From: Pseudomonadales bacterium
Lineage (GTDB): Bacteria > Pseudomonadota > Gammaproteobacteria > Pseudomonadales > Litoribrevibacteraceae
Direction: 5' to 3'
Assembly: GCA_041590855.1 (NCBI GenBank)
Contig: JBFHTA010000001.1
Location: 1-55,291 of the forward strand
Length of the DNA stretch: 55,291 nt
Shown here in pieces: positions 51,123-55,291 of this stretch. A program made the translations under genes and the position numbers. Within the stretch, counting starts at the first letter, position 1; each line of letters opens with the position of its first letter. Under the pieces are notes generated by a model. It saw nothing but the letters and a program-made list of their open reading frames with translations, was not told where the DNA came from and did no database searches.

Positions 51123-52595
51123 TCAAGCTGCACGCTCTTCCAACACATACGTATGTAAGCCGCTCAAATGTATTGAGGCAATATACTCCTTCCATTCAAA
51201 ACTCTTGGCACTGACCACATAATCATTCTGATCTTCTATGGAAAAACGACGCCACAGTTGTTTGAGCTGGGAGTTGTCAAAACGGTACTGTGGCGCAGTA
51301 TAAAAGGCGTAAATCTTTGCTAACTCACGCGTAACGGACAGTTTTTCTGTCATTGCCCGGCGTAGCTTGGGCTGAAAAACGCCCCGACAGAAAGCTGCAA
51401 CCTGTAAACCACGCATAAAACTCTGGAACGCAAAACTACTGACGGTTCTGAATCGCGCGGAAGGTTTGCGCTTAAACAGTTTCGGGTAATTGCGATAATT
51501 CTGATGAGACTCTTCCATTACCAGATTAATGAAATCCCGCAGCTGAATTGGATTGTCACGGCCACTACAACATTGGTAAATCCGATAGTTATTGGGGTTA
51601 GCCAATTGTTCTGCTGCTGACAAGATAATGCTATTAGCTACTAAGTCGGCCGGAATTACGTCGAGTATGCCGTTATCGTCCCCCGGAAAGAAACTGAGCT
51701 TCCCCCTGGCAAATGCGAAAATCAGTGCATCAGCGACCTTAATGCCTTCCAACCAACCCGCCACCGGATCAGCTACAGTGCTTTCGATAATGGATGGTCG
51801 AACAATGGTTAACCCGGAGCCTTTGAGTTGCTGTATCAGGAGCTGTTCGCCCATCCACTTGGTAAAGGTATAGGTATCGTTCCATCCATGTTTACGGGCT
51901 TCTTTTACGCCCAAACGAACTTTTGCACGCTCGGCCTCATCTTTGGATCGGGAGGAAATATTGATCTTCTGGCATTCCATCAAATAACGCTCGATTAACG
52001 GCCGGACATGAAAGCTGCCGTCATCAAAGGCTTTAATGTCTTCAGACTTGGGCGGATACACATGCTCATCAATATCACCGGTATTATGACCATTCACATA
52101 ACAGGTTGAGACTTGCACCATCGGCATGCCATTTCCGGCATTGATCAGTTCAACCAGATTTTCTACCGATAAGGTATTGATACGAATAGCCGTGTCCAAA
52201 GCCTCACGAAAATTAACACTGGCAGCACAATTAATGACAACATCGATGTCATTTGCCAACGCCTGAAATTGGGCCGCAGGCATACCTAAACCGGGTTTGG
52301 TCAGTTCACCCTCTACCACCGTAATTTTACTTTCGATAAACTCGTCAAAGAGATCACCCATGCTGGCTCTGAGAGTGTCGAACACCGAACTGGATATTAC
52401 TTCGTTAATGACGCGTTCTTTTGCACTTTTGAATTGCTGATTGGGACGAGCGAACAAACTGATTTGGTAGACATCCGGAACTTTTCTCAGTAATTTTTCC
52501 AGCACAACTTTACCAAGGAAACCGGTAGTTCCGGTAATTAAGATGTGTTTACCGGCAAGCTCGGACTGTACCGACAAAAAAGCAGAGGGGCTCAT
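51123..52595 (-). CDS. Alcohol-forming fatty acyl-CoA reductase (extended SDR plus C-terminal sterile domain)
   Basis: TGTTGFLGKV..EKLLR, AASVNF, VSTCYV, DTYTFTKWMGE (YxxxK), IVRPSII, DVIPADLVAN. Confidence 0.92.
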   Translation of the reverse strand: MSPSAFLSVQSELAGKHILITGTTGFLGKVVLEKLLRKVPDVYQISLFARPNQQFKSAKERVINEVISSSVFDTLRASMGDLFDEFIESKITVVEGELTKPGLGMPAAQFQALANDIDVVINCAASVNFREALDTAIRINTLSVENLVELINAGNGMPMVQVSTCYVNGHNTGDIDEHVYPPKSEDIKAFDDGSFHVRPLIERYLMECQKINISSRSKDEAERAKVRLGVKEARKHGWNDTYTFTKWMGEQLLIQQLKGSGLTIVRPSIIESTVADPVAGWLEGIKVADALIFAFARGKLSFFPGDDNGILDVIPADLVANSIILSAAEQLANPNNYRIYQCCSGRDNPIQLRDFINLVMEESHQNYRNYPKLFKRKPSARFRTVSSFAFQSFMRGLQVAAFCRGVFQPKLRRAMTEKLSVTRELAKIYAFYTAPQYRFDNSQLKQLWRRFSIEDQNDYVVSAKSFEWKEYIASIHLSGLHTYVLEERAA

Positions 52596-52684
52596 GTCGT
52601 AACTCCTTTATTATTGTTATTACACGACACTTTTTGTGATTTATTAACCACCAATATACATCAACCATCCAAAGAGCAAACCCC

Positions 52685-53872
52685 ATGAGCGCGTTAAGTT
52701 TTGTAGGAAAAAGTAAAAACCCCAACGAGTCGACATTTAGAGCAATTGCTCTTATCAGTCTGTTTCTGGCTGTTGCACTACTTCAAGGGTGTGAGCAAAT
52801 CAGCTACTACGGGCAAGCCGTGCAGGGGCATATCGAGATCATGGCCAGCCAGGAACCGATTGATGAGCTGATCGAAGACCCGTCTACCGACCCCAAATTA
52901 AAACAGAGATTGTCGGAAGTACTGACAGCGCTGGAGTTTGCCGAACAGACCTTGGTCATTCCCCAGGCAGAAACCAACTATCGGAAATACGTGCAATTGG
53001 ATCGCCCCTACCCGGTATGGAGCGTGGTGGCAGCCCCCAATGATTCCCTGACCCCAAGGCAATGGTGCTACCCCTTTGTTGGCTGCGCTTCCTATCGAGG
53101 TTACTACAGTGAAGAAGCCGCCAAGAACTACGCACAAGGCATTCATGACGAAGGTGATATGGATGTTCATGTCGGCGGGGCTGACGCCTATTCCACCCTT
53201 GGATGGTTTAATGATCCGGTACTTTCCACCTTTTTCAGACGGGATAAGATCGGACTGCACGCTTTGATTTTCCATGAACTGGCGCATCAGGTTTTATACT
53301 TACAGGGCGACAGCACTTTTAATGAGAGTTTCGCCTCCGCCGTTGAAGAAACCGGCATTGAACTGTGGCTAGATGGCCAACCAGAATTACTGCAAACCTT
53401 CCAGGCAAGAAAACAGCGTTCACAGGATTTCCGCGCACTTTTACAAGACACCCAGCAAACCCTGAAAGAAATTTACCAACAGGATCTCCCCAAAGCACAA
53501 AAACTGTCACTCAAAGAAGAAGCGCTAAATCAGTTAACGGACAATTATCAGACTCTGAAAGCGACAAAATGGAACGGCTACAACGGCTACGATCACTGGT
53601 TCAACCAGCCCGTAAATAACGCTCGTCTTGCCCTGGTCAGCACTTATAATCACTGGGTACCAGCCTTCAAACAATGGATACGCGCCTGCGAGTATGATTT
53701 TCCGCGCTTTTATGACGCAGTTTCGACCCTGTCGGAACAATCTAAAACCGAGCGCGAACGGGTATTAACAATGTATGACGATGCGGCAACGTCACATCAA
53801 ACCGCTACTCCAACCATTTCCGGTATAACGGGTGCTCCATCACTTCCTTGTAGATATTCGCCGAATAGTTAA
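52685..53872 (+). CDS. Putative zinc aminopeptidase, lipoprotein
   Basis: LQG-C lipobox, WCYPFVGCASYRGY, AYSTLGWFNDP, HELAH plus FNESFA. Confidence 0.87.
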   Translation: MSALSFVGKSKNPNESTFRAIALISLFLAVALLQGCEQISYYGQAVQGHIEIMASQEPIDELIEDPSTDPKLKQRLSEVLTALEFAEQTLVIPQAETNYRKYVQLDRPYPVWSVVAAPNDSLTPRQWCYPFVGCASYRGYYSEEAAKNYAQGIHDEGDMDVHVGGADAYSTLGWFNDPVLSTFFRRDKIGLHALIFHELAHQVLYLQGDSTFNESFASAVEETGIELWLDGQPELLQTFQARKQRSQDFRALLQDTQQTLKEIYQQDLPKAQKLSLKEEALNQLTDNYQTLKATKWNGYNGYDHWFNQPVNNARLALVSTYNHWVPAFKQWIRACEYDFPRFYDAVSTLSEQSKTERERVLTMYDDAATSHQTATPTISGITGAPSLPCRYSPNS

Positions 53873-54719
53873 TAGGAGAATGATCAGACAGGCGTTTTGG
53901 CGGGTCCATCCAGTTTCGTTCGTGCATATCCGCTTTTGCTTCGCCAAAGCGTATCCTCCGGTCGTATTCAATGAAACTGTCATCCGGATTCACATATTTA
54001 TTGCCTGAGTAAGAAAAGTAATGGAGTTCGCCCACATGACGAAAACGAAACGGCGGCGTTGATGGCGGCAACCAACACACCATATCGTTATGATTTACCA
54101 CCCGATAGACGGGCGTGCCACGTAAGCTGGAGGCAAATCCGCTGTCTCCGACACGAGGAGCGCCGTAAACATAAAGCGCACCGGGTTGATAATCCGCAGC
54201 CGCTAACGTTGCCAATGCGCCTCCCAAGCTGTGTCCCGTAAAGAACAACGGCATTTTACGAATCCGCCTCAAGCGATGACGAATGGGTTCCCAGATGCTA
54301 ATCAGAGCTTCCAAAAATCCCTGATGAACCAAGCCGCCACCAAACCATGGGGCCATATTGGTCTTGAAGTTATACACCCAATTGGTGGGCTCGGATGAAC
54401 CGCGAAACACCAACACCGCCCAATGGGGCCTGGTGGAAGACACCAGTAAGGAGGCTTGCATACCCTGCTCTTCAATAAAGTACATTTCCCGAAGCTGAAT
54501 CATTTCCAGTTCAGGGTGCACCATGCTGGCACCAAACGCGCTACGATAAGGATCACGATCGTGCCGGTAAATCCAACGGGATAACTCACTCAACCACAGC
54601 GAATTCACCGGGTCATAGGTTGTGACTTGGGGATTAAACGGCCAACGATGAAAGTTCGGAAAATAATGGGAACTTACATCCGGCCTAAGCAAGGCTTGCC
54701 AGGAATGATCAAACTTCAC
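53805..54719 (-). CDS. Lipase class 3 family protein
   Basis: VFRGS, VHQGF, TGHSLGGALA, YGAPRVG, RVVNHNDMV, C-terminal DH. Confidence 0.9.
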   Translation of the reverse strand: MKFDHSWQALLRPDVSSHYFPNFHRWPFNPQVTTYDPVNSLWLSELSRWIYRHDRDPYRSAFGASMVHPELEMIQLREMYFIEEQGMQASLLVSSTRPHWAVLVFRGSSEPTNWVYNFKTNMAPWFGGGLVHQGFLEALISIWEPIRHRLRRIRKMPLFFTGHSLGGALATLAAADYQPGALYVYGAPRVGDSGFASSLRGTPVYRVVNHNDMVCWLPPSTPPFRFRHVGELHYFSYSGNKYVNPDDSFIEYDRRIRFGEAKADMHERNWMDPPKRLSDHSPINYSANIYKEVMEHPLYRKWLE

Positions 54720-54889
54720 AAATGGTCCGTTAAGAAATCAAAAAACGATCTGTTGTAGAAGTATCAACGAAATTTATACGCTCTATAAACCATACTTTAG
54801 CAGCTGAATATGGCGTTTTTCTTAACTCTCAATAAAATTAAATCGTTAAATTGAAGCTCACTGAAACACCAAATGCTCACTTTACCTAG

Positions 54890-55181
54890 GGAACATCTGA
54901 ACAAGTCCACTCTAGCTCAGCGGGCGCTAGAAGCCTTGTCAGCCCGAAAACGTCAGAACAAGGCGAGCTTCGTAGAGAATGTCGAGACCTTTTCAAGAAG
55001 CTCAACACATAAAGTGGTTACCAGTTCTAACGTTTTTAAAGCCCCGCCCTTCGGGGCCTTAAGAGACATGCCTCTTTTTTGTTGCGGCTTTTTGACGTAA
55101 CCCGTTATGCCTTCAAAACCGCGCCTCAAATAGACATTTCTCTTATAGGCCTGAGCAGAGAGGGACTTATTCAGAGGTTCC
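54890..55181. mobile_element. 292-bp non-autonomous IS5-like element (MITE)
   Basis: Left end GGAACATCTGAACAAGTCC, right end (reverse complement) GGAACCTCTGAATAAGTCC, 17/19 identical; CTAG on both flanks (54886-54889, 55182-55185); no transposase inside. Confidence 0.82.
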
Positions 55182-55291
55182 CTAGAGAACCGCTGAATAG
55201 GTAATCGTATTCAATTTAGATGCTTTAAAGCTGAAGTCATTGAAATGATGATTGCGGATTTTCGTGCCCAAATTATATTGTCGACAATATA

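Noticed and set aside
54873-55100. 75-aa ORF
   Set aside because: Lies almost wholly inside the MITE, lacks an RBS and shows no transposase motifs
55141-55260. Possible riboswitch near the window end
   Set aside because: The apparent structure is explained by abutting inverted element ends; no riboswitch consensus recognised

Overview
A 55 kb chromosomal segment of a marine, Na+-pumping gammaproteobacterium (Oceanospirillales/Pseudomonadales-like; inferred from gene content and order). The left ~15 kb is core genome: sthA (runs off the left edge and is absent from the ORF track), nqrM, apbE, nqrF-A, a long-form GAPDH, mfd and a CsiV-like gene. Next come dsbD, mscS, a YbaK-like deacylase, a reductase/desaturase operon with FabR-type and PsrA-type operators, a diguanylate cyclase and polB. 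A ~9 kb copper module follows (DUF3316-like gene, cusRS, copB/copA oxidase, Cu P1B-ATPase, cupredoxin, PII-like, DUF2933), with two identical CusR boxes and a textbook 19-bp-spacer CueR-type promoter. The right part is accessory and lipid-themed: PfpI/RHH pair, lipoprotein alkyl sulfatase, AraC, orphan histidine kinase, DUF3179-like, multi-lectin phospholipase C-like protein, ArsM-like methyltransferase, surface lipoprotein, fatty acyl-CoA reductase, aminopeptidase and class-3 lipase. The most notable signals not explained by the ORF track are (i) an 11-codon two-cysteine leader ORF with a strong RBS directly upstream of, and in frame with, the alkyl sulfatase, (ii) a 292-bp IS5-like MITE flanked by CTAG duplications plus two extra related ends, (iii) a CusR box that ties an uncharacterised secreted protein to the copper regulon, and (iv) an unannotated 54-aa ORF. 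I saw no rRNA, tRNA, CRISPR array, transposase or integrase. All family assignments come from motif recognition, not database searches.
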